Virus record (IMG/VR): IMGVR_UViG_3300042374_001687
Coordinates: 1 to 64,000 of that record
Reading direction: 5' to 3' (one strand)
DNA: 64,000 bases
Source of the DNA: a virus
The position numbers and the translations under genes are program-made. Shown here one piece after another: positions 1 through 9,142 of this stretch (positions within the stretch are counted from its first letter, which is position 1; the number at the start of each line of letters is the position of its first letter). The notes under the pieces were generated by a model, which ran no database searches, was not told the DNA's origin, and worked only from the letters and a program-made list of their open reading frames with translations.

Positions 1-593
1 TCCAGGTCTCCCGTTCCGGGCGGGAAAATTCTCCTCTGGATGTTGCTGGTGGGGGTTGTTGGCTTTGTCGGGTTGGCTGGGGCAGCTTTTGGGCTTACTG
101 CCGTGTTGTTCGGTGCTGTTTTTATCTTGTATCCTGAGTTCATGGCCCACCATTCGGCGTCCTGCTTTGGCGGGTATGTGGCTGGATTTGAGAACCTTAG
201 GTTGGGGTAGGCCTTCATCATCCTTTCGTGCCGGGCTCCAATCCCCCAGTCCTTGGCTGCCAGGGGCGTTTTTTCTATGTTCGGCGATTTGTAGAGCGAT
301 CGCCACACGTTCAAGGCCTTGTCGGAGGTCTGCACCTTGGCGGGGGCGAGTATTCCTCCCCTTTTGGACACCAGTTCGAGCGCCAGCATGTACAGCTTCT
401 TTCCGTAGCCCATTCCTTCTGGGGTGACGGTCACTCTGTTTACCCTGTATATTTGTGGATTTTCGGGATCCCGCTCAGCATGGAGGTATCCCCTGACATT
501 GGGGTCGTTGTAGGAAACCTCGACTGATTCCTGCGATTCATGCGTCTTGGTGTTCGGCTCGGTCGATTCCGTTAGCCATTCCTTGAATTTCAT
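1..593 (-). CDS. GNAT-fold acetyltransferase-like protein with CTS-like N-terminus (runs off window edge; not in ORF track)
   Basis: Hand translation from ATG 593 is open to base 1: MKFKEWLTE...VNRVTVTPEGMGYGKKLYMLALE...QTSDKALNVW. GxGxG resembles acetyl-CoA motif A. TATATA lies 5 nt upstream. Confidence 0.65.
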   Translation of the reverse strand, partial: MKFKEWLTESTEPNTKTHESQESVEVSYNDPNVRGYLHAERDPENPQIYRVNRVTVTPEGMGYGKKLYMLALELVSKRGGILAPAKVQTSDKALNVWRSLYKSPNIEKTPLAAKDWGIGARHERMMKAYPNLRFSNPATYPPKQDAEWWAMNSGYKIKTAPNNTAVSPKAAPANPTKPTTPTSNIQRRIFPPGTGDL

Positions 594-629
594 GGTGTTA
601 TATATTTTTCCCAAGAATATTTTCGGCAT

Positions 630-666
630 GGAATAAAAAAAGGCGCGACCCCGGGGCCACGCCTTT
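630..666 (-). terminator. Intrinsic terminator
   Basis: AAAGGCG...CGCCTTT stem followed on the minus strand by TTTTTTTATTCC, downstream of the methyltransferase. Confidence 0.7.
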
Positions 667-691
667 GCCGCAGTCTTTTTGTGCGCGTCCC

Positions 692-754
692 TTATTTGCG
701 GGTCCGCCGGTATTCCCCAAACTTGGCGTTTCTCTTGAATGTTGGTTCGTTCAT
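692..754 (-). CDS. 20-aa basic small ORF MNEPTFKRNAKFGEYRRTRK
   Basis: GGAGA RBS upstream; lies between the MTase stop and the terminator. Confidence 0.4.
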   Translation of the reverse strand: MNEPTFKRNAKFGEYRRTRK

Positions 755-779
755 GGTTGTTCTCCGTTGTTGGTTCGAT

Positions 780-1760
780 CTAGTTTGCGTTTAGTTTTTT
801 AATGATGCTCTTGGCTATGTGGTATGCGAGCCTTGGTGGAACGGCGTTGCCTATCTGCCTGTACTTCTGCATGATGGTTCCTTGGAACCTGTAGTCGTCC
901 GGGAAGGTTTGAATCCTCGCGTACTCCCTTACGGTGAGCGGCCTTGTTTCTGTGGGGTGGCACCTGTCGGTCTGCTTCTGCGAGGGCGACGTGAGCAGTG
1001 TGAGGGACTGGTCGTCCATCCTGAGCCTTCGCGCGAATCCCCTCATTCCCCCTCCCGACCTGATGGCGTTGCCCATGTATTTTTTCTTTATTTCCTCCGG
1101 GAGGTCGACCCAACATCCCCCTTCCGGGACGAGTTCCATGACCTTCCTCTTTTCCTCGGAGTACTTTATTCCCTCGCTATCGGGCACGTCCTTGAGCGCG
1201 TCCCTGAGGGTTTTTCTTTTCTTTATTGGCTCCGGGAAGTCGAAGTCCTTTCCGAGGTCGCTCCTCAAGCCCACTATTATGATCCGTTCCCTCTTCTGCG
1301 GGACCTCGTAGTCGGCCGCGTTGAGGATCTTGTGGTGGACGGTGTACATGCCGCCGTTTTCGAACATTTCGGCGAGCGAGGCGAGCGTCTTTCCCTTGTC
1401 GTGTGTGGCTAGGCCTTTGACGTTCTCGAGGATGAATATCTTGGGCTCGGCCTCGAGGACGAGCCTGTTGAATTCGACGATGAGTCTGCCCCTCGGGTCT
1501 TCGAGTCCTCTCCTCTCGCCTGCCTGGCTGAAGGCCTGGCACGGCACCCCTCCCATGAGCACGTCGGGCCTGAGTCCGTCTAGTTTCAGGTCGGTCATGC
1601 TCCCGTGGTTTATATTTTTCTTTATGGAGGGGTGGTTTTCCATGAGGGTTGCTATGGCCGCCTTGTCGATCTCGTTTATGAGTATCGGCTCGAGTCCCGC
1701 GTCCATGAATCCCTTGCTGAGGCCTCCGCACCCCGCGCAAACCTCTATGAATTTGTGCAT
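780..1760 (-). CDS. DNA (cytosine-5)-methyltransferase, M.Sau96I/M.Eco47II-like (GGNCC-type TRD)
   Basis: Motifs CAGCGG, GGVPCQ, ENV, PQKRER, GNAV. TRD region GGCWVDLP...SPSQKQTDRCHP. Start 1760 or 1769. Confidence 0.92.
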   Translation of the reverse strand: MHKFIEVCAGCGGLSKGFMDAGLEPILINEIDKAAIATLMENHPSIKKNINHGSMTDLKLDGLRPDVLMGGVPCQAFSQAGERRGLEDPRGRLIVEFNRLVLEAEPKIFILENVKGLATHDKGKTLASLAEMFENGGMYTVHHKILNAADYEVPQKRERIIIVGLRSDLGKDFDFPEPIKKRKTLRDALKDVPDSEGIKYSEEKRKVMELVPEGGCWVDLPEEIKKKYMGNAIRSGGGMRGFARRLRMDDQSLTLLTSPSQKQTDRCHPTETRPLTVREYARIQTFPDDYRFQGTIMQKYRQIGNAVPPRLAYHIAKSIIKKLNAN

Positions 1761-1791
1761 GGGAGGCATTTTAATTAAAATGCCGCCGTCC

Positions 1792-1864
1792 GGTCAATAT
1801 GGAATATTATGGAATAAAAGTGGCGGCCGCGTACGGCGGGCACGCCAAGTAGTTTTTGCGCGGG
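1792..1864 (-). repeat. Terminator + sigma70 -35 cassette, copy 1
   Basis: 57 bp (1808-1864) identical to 2545-2601. GC hairpin, minus-strand TTTTATT, then TTGACC. Confidence 0.85.
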
Positions 1865-1902
1865 GCGGCGGCATTGCTTGATCTGGGTCTCATGGGTCCT
1901 TT

Positions 1903-2508
1903 CTACGCCCTTGTCTTCTGTCCGGTCTTCCTTTCCGCGAAGAGTATTTCGCCCATTTTTTTAATGTACTTGGATGCGGCGGGCGACCATCTCTGTTTCT
2001 TTATCATTCCTTCGCCGACCATTTCCTCTATCATCTCGGAGCTGGCCCTGACGCACGGCTTGTAGCCGAACGTCTTGATGTCCGTCCTGACCGGGAGATT
2101 TTCGATGAGGTGTCTGAAGGCCGTTCTTCCGAGGATGTAGTGGACGCCGCTCCTAGGAACGAGGATGTAGGCGCGTTGGGCATAGCATCCCTTGAGGGCG
2201 CATGTCTTGAAGGTGAAGCACTGGGTGCACCATTCGGGTATGGTCTTGACCTCCACCTTGACGGGGGGCTTGCCGCTCGTGAAGTGGAACATCTTGTCGG
2301 CGTTTGCGTTCGGGAGCCTTCCGCGTATGAGTTTGCCGGTGTTGTCGACCCCGTGCTCCTCTATCCTGCAGTCTAGCCCGTTTTCTATGAGGTGGATCCT
2401 GAGCGACATTCCCCAATAGAATTCCTTCTCGGTGAACTGGGACACGTCCTCTTTGAAGTCCTCTTCGGACCTGTGGTCCATGCGCATCGACAGGCATTTG
2501 TCTTCCAT
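1903..2508 (-). CDS. Putative PD-(D/E)xK nuclease
   Basis: NADKMF...KVEVKT motif; adjacent to a C5-MTase. Confidence 0.45.
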   Translation of the reverse strand: MEDKCLSMRMDHRSEEDFKEDVSQFTEKEFYWGMSLRIHLIENGLDCRIEEHGVDNTGKLIRGRLPNANADKMFHFTSGKPPVKVEVKTIPEWCTQCFTFKTCALKGCYAQRAYILVPRSGVHYILGRTAFRHLIENLPVRTDIKTFGYKPCVRASSEMIEEMVGEGMIKKQRWSPAASKYIKKMGEILFAERKTGQKTRA

Positions 2509-2538
2509 GCTTTTCTTTTAACACGCATGGTTGCATCT

Positions 2539-2601
2539 GGTCAATATGGAATAAAAGTGGCGGCCGCGTACGGCGGGCACGCCAAGTAGTTTTTGCGCGG
2601 G
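2539..2601 (-). repeat. Terminator + sigma70 -35 cassette, copy 2
   Basis: Direct repeat of 1792-1864, lacking the internal TATGGAATA duplication. Confidence 0.85.
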
Positions 2602-2642
2602 CCGGCGGCGGGGATTTTGCTCGGCGGGTCCATAGATAGTGC

Positions 2643-2807
2643 ATGAGATTTTCGGAGTGGGTGGAATTAAGGGAATCGCGGGATGCTTGCTATCACAAGG
2701 TGAAGAGAAGGTACCAGAAATGGCCGTCGGCCTACGCCTCCGGGGCGTTGGTCAGGTGCCGCAAGGTCGGAGCGAAAAATTGGGGAAACAAGTCGAAAAA
2801 GAAGTGA
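2643..2807 (+). CDS. Small basic T4-like phage protein (DACYHKVK...WPSAYASGALV motif) with CTS-like start; not in ORF track
   Basis: MRFSEWVELRESRDACYHKVKRRYQKWPSAYASGALVRCRKVGAKNWGNKSKKK; TAGATA 4 nt upstream. Confidence 0.8.
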   Translation: MRFSEWVELRESRDACYHKVKRRYQKWPSAYASGALVRCRKVGAKNWGNKSKKK

Positions 2808-2809
2808 AC

Positions 2810-3115
2810 ATGAAGAACGCAGATTTAAAAAATCCTATGCCCGGTTCGAGTTTCAAGGATTGGTTGAACGAGGGAACGTTTGATTTAGAAAAGGAGCGTG
2901 GTCTTAGAGGCTGGTTCGACAGGAACAACGGCAAGGGATGGGTGGACTGCAAGGCGAGCAGGAAGGGCAAGATAGTTCCATGCGGCCGGGAGAAGGCAGG
3001 CCGGGGCACGGACAGGAAGTATCCCGCGTGCCGGCCGACACTTTCGGCATGCAACAGCGTGGGCAAGAGGAGAAAGAAGGACTCCAAGCCCATTTCTTGG
3101 AAGGAAAAGGAATGA
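2810..3115 (+). CDS. Small basic Cys-containing phage protein (GLRGWF...WVDC...PCGR...YPACRP)
   Basis: Likely start 2810 or 2837 inside track ORF 2639-3115; SFKDWLNE motif. Confidence 0.7.
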   Translation: MKNADLKNPMPGSSFKDWLNEGTFDLEKERGLRGWFDRNNGKGWVDCKASRKGKIVPCGREKAGRGTDRKYPACRPTLSACNSVGKRRKKDSKPISWKEKE

Positions 3116-3127
3116 TTCAAGGGGCCA

Positions 3128-4009
3128 TCAGTAGACGCTCTCCTTCATGATGCCGAGGAGATACTTGCCGTAGCCGCTATTGTCAAGCGCCGTCGCCAGG
3201 GCCTCGAGTTGCCTGTCTTCGATCCAGCCGTTGCGCCAGGCGATCTCCTCGGGGCAGCAGATCTTCAGGCCCTGCCGCTTCTCGAGAGACTGGATGAACT
3301 GCCCGGCCTCGAGCAGGCTGTCGTGGGTGCCGGTGTCGAGCCAAGCGTCGCCGCGGCCGAGGATCTCCACCCGCAGGCCGCCCCGCTCGAGATAGGCCCG
3401 GTTGATATCGGTGATCTCGAGTTCGCCGCGGGCCGAGGGGCGGATGCCGGCGGCGATGTCGACCACCTGCTCGTCGTAAAAGTAGAGGCCCGTCACCGCA
3501 TAGCGGCTTCGCGGCCGTCGAGGCTTCTCCTCCAGCGACTTGGCACGGCCGGAAGCGTCGAACTCCACGACGCCGTACCGCTGCGGATCGGACACGGGAT
3601 AGGCAAAAACTGTGGCTCCGGCCGGATGCTTGGCGGCCGACCGTAGCCGCTGGGCAAGGCCGTTTCCATAGAAGATGTTGTCGCCTAGAACAAGTGCCGA
3701 AGGGCATCCGCGGACGAAATCGGCGCCGACGACGAACGCTTGTGCGAGCCCCTCCGGCCGCGGCTGCACGGCGTAGTCAATCCGCATGCCCCAGCCCGAA
3801 CCGTCGCCGAGCAAGTCGCGGAATCGCGGCGTATCTTGGGGCGTCGAGATGACGAGCACGTCGCGGATGCCAGCGAGCATTAGGGCGCTCAACGGATAGT
3901 AGACCATCGGCTTGTCGTAGACCGGCAGCATCTGCTTGGAGACGCCGAGGGTCACGGGATGGAGCCGGGTACCGGAACCTCCGGCCAGGACGATACCTTT
4001 ACGATGCAC
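3128..4009 (-). CDS. rfbA: Glucose-1-phosphate thymidylyltransferase (RmlA/RfbA)
   Basis: [53 protein letters not shown] 4009 gives 293 aa. Confidence 0.97.
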   Translation of the reverse strand: MHRKGIVLAGGSGTRLHPVTLGVSKQMLPVYDKPMVYYPLSALMLAGIRDVLVISTPQDTPRFRDLLGDGSGWGMRIDYAVQPRPEGLAQAFVVGADFVRGCPSALVLGDNIFYGNGLAQRLRSAAKHPAGATVFAYPVSDPQRYGVVEFDASGRAKSLEEKPRRPRSRYAVTGLYFYDEQVVDIAAGIRPSARGELEITDINRAYLERGGLRVEILGRGDAWLDTGTHDSLLEAGQFIQSLEKRQGLKICCPEEIAWRNGWIEDRQLEALATALDNSGYGKYLLGIMKESVY

Positions 4010-4046
4010 CGAAGAGCCTTTGTTGTGATTTTGACTTGGCCGGCAT
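3999..4046 (-). pseudogene. Truncated [13 protein letters not shown]-type phage gene remnant overlapping the rmlA start
   Basis: AGGAG RBS + [15 protein letters not shown]; stop falls inside rmlA codons 3-4. Confidence 0.6.
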
Positions 4047-4053
4047 GTTGCTC

Positions 4054-4341
4054 CTATTGGTTTTCTTCCTTGGCGAACCAAATGGTGTACCTTATCTCCC
4101 TCTTGTTTTCCGTGACATCCCATAGAAAGGTGTCGCATTCGTTGATTCTGGATATGAAGTCCACTACGAACATGGTCGTGTCCTCGGAAACGGCCGTCTT
4201 CCTAATGTCACCCCCTCCTTCCTTGTGTTCTTTTACTATTACACGGTGTGCTCTTGTCGGCCTAGGCTCTGCGTCCCTTGAAAGCAAGTATGCGTTGCAC
4301 ACGAGAGACACTAACAGCAATATGGCATAAAGGTTCTTCAT
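4054..4341 (-). CDS. Hypothetical protein with N-terminal signal/TM
   Basis: Hydrophobic N-terminus; AAGGTGG RBS. Confidence 0.6.
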   Translation of the reverse strand: MKNLYAILLLVSLVCNAYLLSRDAEPRPTRAHRVIVKEHKEGGGDIRKTAVSEDTTMFVVDFISRINECDTFLWDVTENKREIRYTIWFAKEENQ

Positions 4342-4420
4342 TTTTCCACCTTGGTTGTTTTGGTTTTATCTAGGGGTTTTGGGGAAGATTATGGATGATT
4401 GCGACCTATATTACTGAAGA

Positions 4421-5818
4421 ATGATCTATCTGCTTGAACCAAGTTATGTTTTGGAGGCCACTGTCGCGGAATACTTTTCGTACAGCCGTCTTTCCCCCGA
4501 ATTCGGCGACGAGCTCACGGGGGGAGAAAAAAAGGTGGTGGTTTACGACTGCTTGGACAAGGATTTTGACGGGAACTTGGCTGAAAGGATACTGAATGGC
4601 GCCAACACGACGGTATTCGTGGTCTTGAACGACACGAACTTGGGCTTCATCCAGTCCAAAAGATTCAAGATGTACAACCACAAAGGGCCAATAGGGGTTA
4701 ATCCCGATGAGTTCAAGAAGAACTTGATTCACAAGTTGGCATGGTTGTTGGATCCCGAGGACGACTTTGATCATGTGCTGTATCTGGACAGCAACCCGAA
4801 CTTGCTAGAAAGGTACTACAACACTCCTTGGGCTAGGGAGAACAACATATCCGACAGACAAAGGGCATATCACCACTACTTGCTGCATGGTTCGGACTGG
4901 TTCTTCGGGTCAAAAGAGAACTTGCCTCCCGAAAAGATACTCAGCATGGAGGTCAACGACAATTTGAAAAAGATCGTTAACTCGGTATGTCCGGAGATTA
5001 AAAAGGAGATCAGGCAGAACAGGCTGGAGTGTGTCTGTTTGAACATGACTTCGAGCGAGAAGGACGGCTACGAAACCTTCGCGGGCAGAATTCTAGCAAG
5101 CACGAACAAGGAGTCGGCGAGGGACATCGACTTCGTGATAGTCGTGAACAATGACAATTTCAAGCCTGATGTGGGGGCGTTGAAGAATTTGTTCAAGAGC
5201 GTCGTTGTGATCTCGTTGAACTTGACGGCCGAGCAGGACATTTATGTTAGACCCGGCTTGGAGGATGAGTTCTTGCAGAGGAATTCCGTTCCGGACTACG
5301 GGCTCAAGGCCGGACCTAACATAATGTTCTTAAGGTCTATGGAATTTTTGAGGAGGTACAACACCTCCTTGCTGGTCGAGACCGACTGCCATTTTGGAAA
5401 GGGCTGGCTTGGGTCTCTTCGCCGTTACACGAGGGATTCAAACGGATTTCTCGTGTCTGGCTCTACTTACGACGGGGTTGTATACACAAAGGCCAACACC
5501 GCAAACTTCAACCACCTCAACGGGGTCGCACTTTACGCAACTGGAGACTCCAACTTCCAGGCTCTAATGAGGTGTTTCGATGGCTTTTTGAAAGAGCATG
5601 TGAGGACGATGCCGCATCTGGCCTATGATTTCGGCATGAAGTTAATGGTGGATTTTGGCCTAGACCACTCCGCAGATAAGATGATCTGGAACTTCATCAA
5701 CAGAAACATCGTAGTCAACAAGCACATTTTTAATTTCAGCACCTTGGAAGACAGTTCTCTGGACGAGGGCGAAATAAGATCTATCTACAACTACGCGGTG
5801 CTTCACAAGAAGGGCTAG
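4421..5818 (+). CDS. Glycosyltransferase-like hypothetical protein
   Basis: LVETDC (DxD-like), HLNGVALY; FD..Y...N...HY...G module. Confidence 0.5.
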   Translation: MIYLLEPSYVLEATVAEYFSYSRLSPEFGDELTGGEKKVVVYDCLDKDFDGNLAERILNGANTTVFVVLNDTNLGFIQSKRFKMYNHKGPIGVNPDEFKKNLIHKLAWLLDPEDDFDHVLYLDSNPNLLERYYNTPWARENNISDRQRAYHHYLLHGSDWFFGSKENLPPEKILSMEVNDNLKKIVNSVCPEIKKEIRQNRLECVCLNMTSSEKDGYETFAGRILASTNKESARDIDFVIVVNNDNFKPDVGALKNLFKSVVVISLNLTAEQDIYVRPGLEDEFLQRNSVPDYGLKAGPNIMFLRSMEFLRRYNTSLLVETDCHFGKGWLGSLRRYTRDSNGFLVSGSTYDGVVYTKANTANFNHLNGVALYATGDSNFQALMRCFDGFLKEHVRTMPHLAYDFGMKLMVDFGLDHSADKMIWNFINRNIVVNKHIFNFSTLEDSSLDEGEIRSIYNYAVLHKKG

Positions 5819-6435
5819 GCCAGCAACTCCTTCATGGCCTCTAGTTTGGTTTTGCCGTTCTTTTGGCAGTGGGCTTGGCTGCAATGCACGATGCCCCCAT
5901 TGTTGGGATAGTCGACGACCGTCCGCAGTTTCTTGAATTTAATCTTGCCGCTTTCGAGCATTATCATGTCGGAAGTGTGAGGCCTGCCGTCGTGTAGGAT
6001 GAACTCGTCCTTAATGGCGCAAAAGCCTCTGCAAACCTCGAGGTACTGTTCAGGGGTTCCATAAACTACGCATGGAACATGTCCTTGGTAGACGGTGAGT
6101 TGTGTTTCGTCGCGGTCTAGATGATAGACTCCGTTGTTTATCACATCGTAGTCTATCATCAAACCTCCGCCCGTTTGGACCATCGCCAGCCATCTTATGA
6201 AGCAACTGTAGTCGTACATGGACGGGTTGACTGTGGGCAGTTCATTTATTATCTGGCTGTACTCGCCAAAGAATTCGTGCTTTTCCGCAACGGAATGATC
6301 AAGGACGATCAGTTCCCAGCCGCTCCTCTTCCAGGACTCCTTGCACAGGTCTAGGAGTTCTTTCTGGGTAGATTTTCTCCTGGGGCAATTGTTTATGGCG
6401 TCTATTTCTTGGTAGTAGGTGTAGCATTTATTCAT
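5815..6435 (-). CDS. DxD glycosyltransferase-like protein
   Basis: SW..SGWE, RWLAM..GGLMIDYDV (GT32-like pattern). Confidence 0.55.
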   Translation of the reverse strand: MNKCYTYYQEIDAINNCPRRKSTQKELLDLCKESWKRSGWELIVLDHSVAEKHEFFGEYSQIINELPTVNPSMYDYSCFIRWLAMVQTGGGLMIDYDVINNGVYHLDRDETQLTVYQGHVPCVVYGTPEQYLEVCRGFCAIKDEFILHDGRPHTSDMIMLESGKIKFKKLRTVVDYPNNGGIVHCSQAHCQKNGKTKLEAMKELLA

Positions 6436-6437
6436 TT

Positions 6438-7310
6438 TTAGCAGTACGACATCATAAGCTTTATCTGGTCGTCCGTTATGAAGTTTTCTTCTTCTGTCGG
6501 ACGGTAAGTCATATTCTCTTTTCTCACGACCTCGTCCTCAAATATAGTGGCATTGAACCTAAACCCGTAGTGCTGAGCGTCGAACTTGGTGATGGGGGTT
6601 GAGTTTCCGGAAAGAAAGTGCTCCGTGGATGCCTGCCTTAGGAAATTAAAATCCACAAGCCTTTTGTATATGCCGAGACGCTCCGCCATGATTTTGAATG
6701 TCATCATGCTGATGATCGTGGTCGGGTGGTTGATGGTAGAGAACATTTTGATATTTTGGAAGTTTTCGTTGAAGAAATCGTTTACGGGTTGGAAGTCGTT
6801 CTTTTCAATCGAACGCTCAAGCCGCAGTCTGGAGTTGGCGTGTATCTCCTTGATTTGTCCGATCTCGTCTTCCGAACCGGAGAAGTCGAACTTCTTGAGC
6901 TCGAGGCGGATTATATCGTGAAGGTACATGAAAAGGACATAGTTAGGAAGCCTTATTTCCTCCGGGGAAGTCCCGAACTCATCAAAGAAGTTTTTATCAC
7001 ATTCCCTGCAGGTGTTGAGTATTGAATTGTTTTTAACGCTTTCCGTAACCATTGTCTTGGTTTTGGGAAGTATATTTTTTATGGATTCCTTGGGGAATGG
7101 GAAGAGGGGGTCGGAGTTCCACTGCGTGCTCCAGAATGGAACATATATGCAGAAAATATTGAGATCGGGCCTGAGCAGGCTCAGGTAGTACATGATCGGG
7201 CTGAGACGGCAAGAGCCAATGAAAAGCACATTTTCTTCGCCTGTTCCCTTGTAGGCGAGGAATTCGCTCTTGCTGTTAATGCTGTCTAGATCATTTGGCG
7301 TTTTTATCAC
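6438..7310 (-). CDS. WcbI-like polysaccharide biosynthesis protein
   Basis: IGSCR and MFSTINHPT resemble the WcbI GNCQ / LFxTxNHP motifs. Confidence 0.55.
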   Translation of the reverse strand: MIKTPNDLDSINSKSEFLAYKGTGEENVLFIGSCRLSPIMYYLSLLRPDLNIFCIYVPFWSTQWNSDPLFPFPKESIKNILPKTKTMVTESVKNNSILNTCRECDKNFFDEFGTSPEEIRLPNYVLFMYLHDIIRLELKKFDFSGSEDEIGQIKEIHANSRLRLERSIEKNDFQPVNDFFNENFQNIKMFSTINHPTTIISMMTFKIMAERLGIYKRLVDFNFLRQASTEHFLSGNSTPITKFDAQHYGFRFNATIFEDEVVRKENMTYRPTEEENFITDDQIKLMMSYC

Positions 7311-7376
7311 TGATTTAGTCTAATTTATCGGTCTATTACATATCTAGTGGGAGAGCATTTTGTTTTGGAGGCTACG

Positions 7377-9113
7377 ATGATCAGTTTTAAATTATGGATG
7401 GAAGCGGAGGAAGCGGAGAATGTCTATAATGTCCCCCAAGACAGAATGCCGGTCATCAACAAGCAACTTGAAAAGGTCAATAGGCGTGCGGCAAAACTTG
7501 GCTTGCCCCCCGTGAAACTAATAGAATTGGGCAGGTTCACCAAGGAGATAAAAAATCAGGACGGCAGGAAGTGGGACAGAGAATACTTGAGGCTGAGGGT
7601 GGATGGGGAAGCCCCTAAGGTCAAGGGGTGGACATTTGTGGCCAGAATAATGCATTCGGAGGGCGGGAACATAATAAACACCGCCCCGGGAATGAGTCCC
7701 CCTCCCGCGAAGTACAGAACGGCGGAGCCGAACTGCGAGCACTGCAAGATGAACAGACGCAGAAACGACACATTTGTCATGAGGAGCGAGCAAGGCGAAT
7801 ACAAACAGATAGGCAGAAATTGCCTTGCGGACTTTTTGGGCAGCGCAGATCCGGCGGAACAAATAGGCTTCTTCGGCGACTGGAATAGTGTCGTGCAGTC
7901 GCTAGGAGACGAAGACAGCGATTACTACGGTGGTGGTTCGGGATCCAGAACCATAGAGATAGTGTCGTACTTGACGGCGGCCTTGGCTGTTATCCGCAAG
8001 TTTGGATTCGTACCCAGATCCAAGTCTGAAGATCTGGGCAAGCCGGCCACTTCTTATATTCTGGATTCTATTTTCTTTGGAATGAGCAAGGATGATCAAA
8101 AGCTGAGGGACGAGGTGCGGGCCGTCAAGAAGCCCGACGACGAGGACAAGGCTAGGGAGATTTTGGACTGGGCGAAGTCGCAGAAGAACCAAGAGGATGT
8201 GAGCGACTACTTGTGGAACATAAGCGCGGCGGCCGAGAGGATCGTGGTTGACAGCAAGACGGCGGGTCTTGTCGCCAGCATTCCGGCCGCCTACCAGAGA
8301 GCCATGGACAAGAAGGTAGAAAAAGAGAAGGTTGAAAAGGAAGCAGAATCCGCTCCCGAAGTGACGCTTAAGCCTAAGGATAAATTTGAAGGGGTCTTGA
8401 CCGTGATTAAGACCCCCAGGTGGAGCAACGACTACGGCCTCACGGTCTTGCACATAATGCAAGACGAGCATGGTAGACTTTACAAATGGAAGGCGTCCAA
8501 CGAAGACATACCGGTCGGATCCAAAGTGCATATCAAAGGAACGGTGAAGGCTGTAGGTCCGGACAGCTATGCGGGTGGAAAGATCACGGTGGAGCTGACC
8601 AGGTGCAAGGTTGTCAAAATGCACATGGGCAAGGAGCATCAGGCAATAATTGATCAGAAACAAGGGCTCATTGACGCTTTTGAATCCATAGTGGGATCAG
8701 ACTTGCCCGCCATTACGACAAGTGGGCAGCCGGTTTCTCCGTACCATGTTAGAGAGCACATATTTGGAGATATGCTGCGAGAGAAACTTGCTGCGGCCGG
8801 GGTCAAATACGAGGAATGGAGAGCTTTGGTTTCTTCGTGGGATGTTATGTTTTTGTCTAAAGATCAAAACTTTGAAAGAACCAACTCTGCAGAAGATTTG
8901 ATAAGAAAAATAAAAGCTTCAAAGGACGCTCCTGAGGCCGATGTCGCGGTCAAGGGACTCCAGATATTTGCAAGCATGGTCCAAGCTAACCAACAAGCCC
9001 AAGAAATAATCAAAAAACTTGAGGGGATATACAAGGTAGAGGGTGATTATTCTGGAAGGGTTGTGCATAGAGAATCCTTCTTGGGGTGGGTGGCAAAGAG
9101 AGAGTTAATTTAA
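7377..9113 (+). CDS. Phage protein with Zn-ribbon and probable OB-fold; CTS-like start
   Basis: CEHC...QIGRNCLADF; C-terminal beta-rich IKGTVK...VELTRCK; GGAGG RBS. Confidence 0.6.
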   Translation: MISFKLWMEAEEAENVYNVPQDRMPVINKQLEKVNRRAAKLGLPPVKLIELGRFTKEIKNQDGRKWDREYLRLRVDGEAPKVKGWTFVARIMHSEGGNIINTAPGMSPPPAKYRTAEPNCEHCKMNRRRNDTFVMRSEQGEYKQIGRNCLADFLGSADPAEQIGFFGDWNSVVQSLGDEDSDYYGGGSGSRTIEIVSYLTAALAVIRKFGFVPRSKSEDLGKPATSYILDSIFFGMSKDDQKLRDEVRAVKKPDDEDKAREILDWAKSQKNQEDVSDYLWNISAAAERIVVDSKTAGLVASIPAAYQRAMDKKVEKEKVEKEAESAPEVTLKPKDKFEGVLTVIKTPRWSNDYGLTVLHIMQDEHGRLYKWKASNEDIPVGSKVHIKGTVKAVGPDSYAGGKITVELTRCKVVKMHMGKEHQAIIDQKQGLIDAFESIVGSDLPAITTSGQPVSPYHVREHIFGDMLREKLAAAGVKYEEWRALVSSWDVMFLSKDQNFERTNSAEDLIRKIKASKDAPEADVAVKGLQIFASMVQANQQAQEIIKKLEGIYKVEGDYSGRVVHRESFLGWVAKRELI

Positions 9114-9142
9114 GTTTATTTGGCATCTATCTAAATAGTCCT

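Noticed and set aside
1792-2601. CRISPR array or IS ends
   Set aside because: Only two direct copies about 740 bp apart, with no spacers or transposase. No array was seen elsewhere, and the TnpB has a typical IS right end rather than a Cas12 array.
56-2644. Many plus-strand and alternate-frame ORFs (e.g. 56-427, 819-1412, 1177-1740)
   Set aside because: Shadow ORFs of GC-rich minus-strand genes, with no recognisable motifs.
2639-2809. N-terminal part of track ORF 2639-3115
   Set aside because: A recognisable gene (2643-2807) occupies another frame here.
4010-4138. N-terminal extension of RmlA in the ORF track
   Set aside because: It overlaps gene 4054-4341, and homology and the codon shift begin at about 4009.
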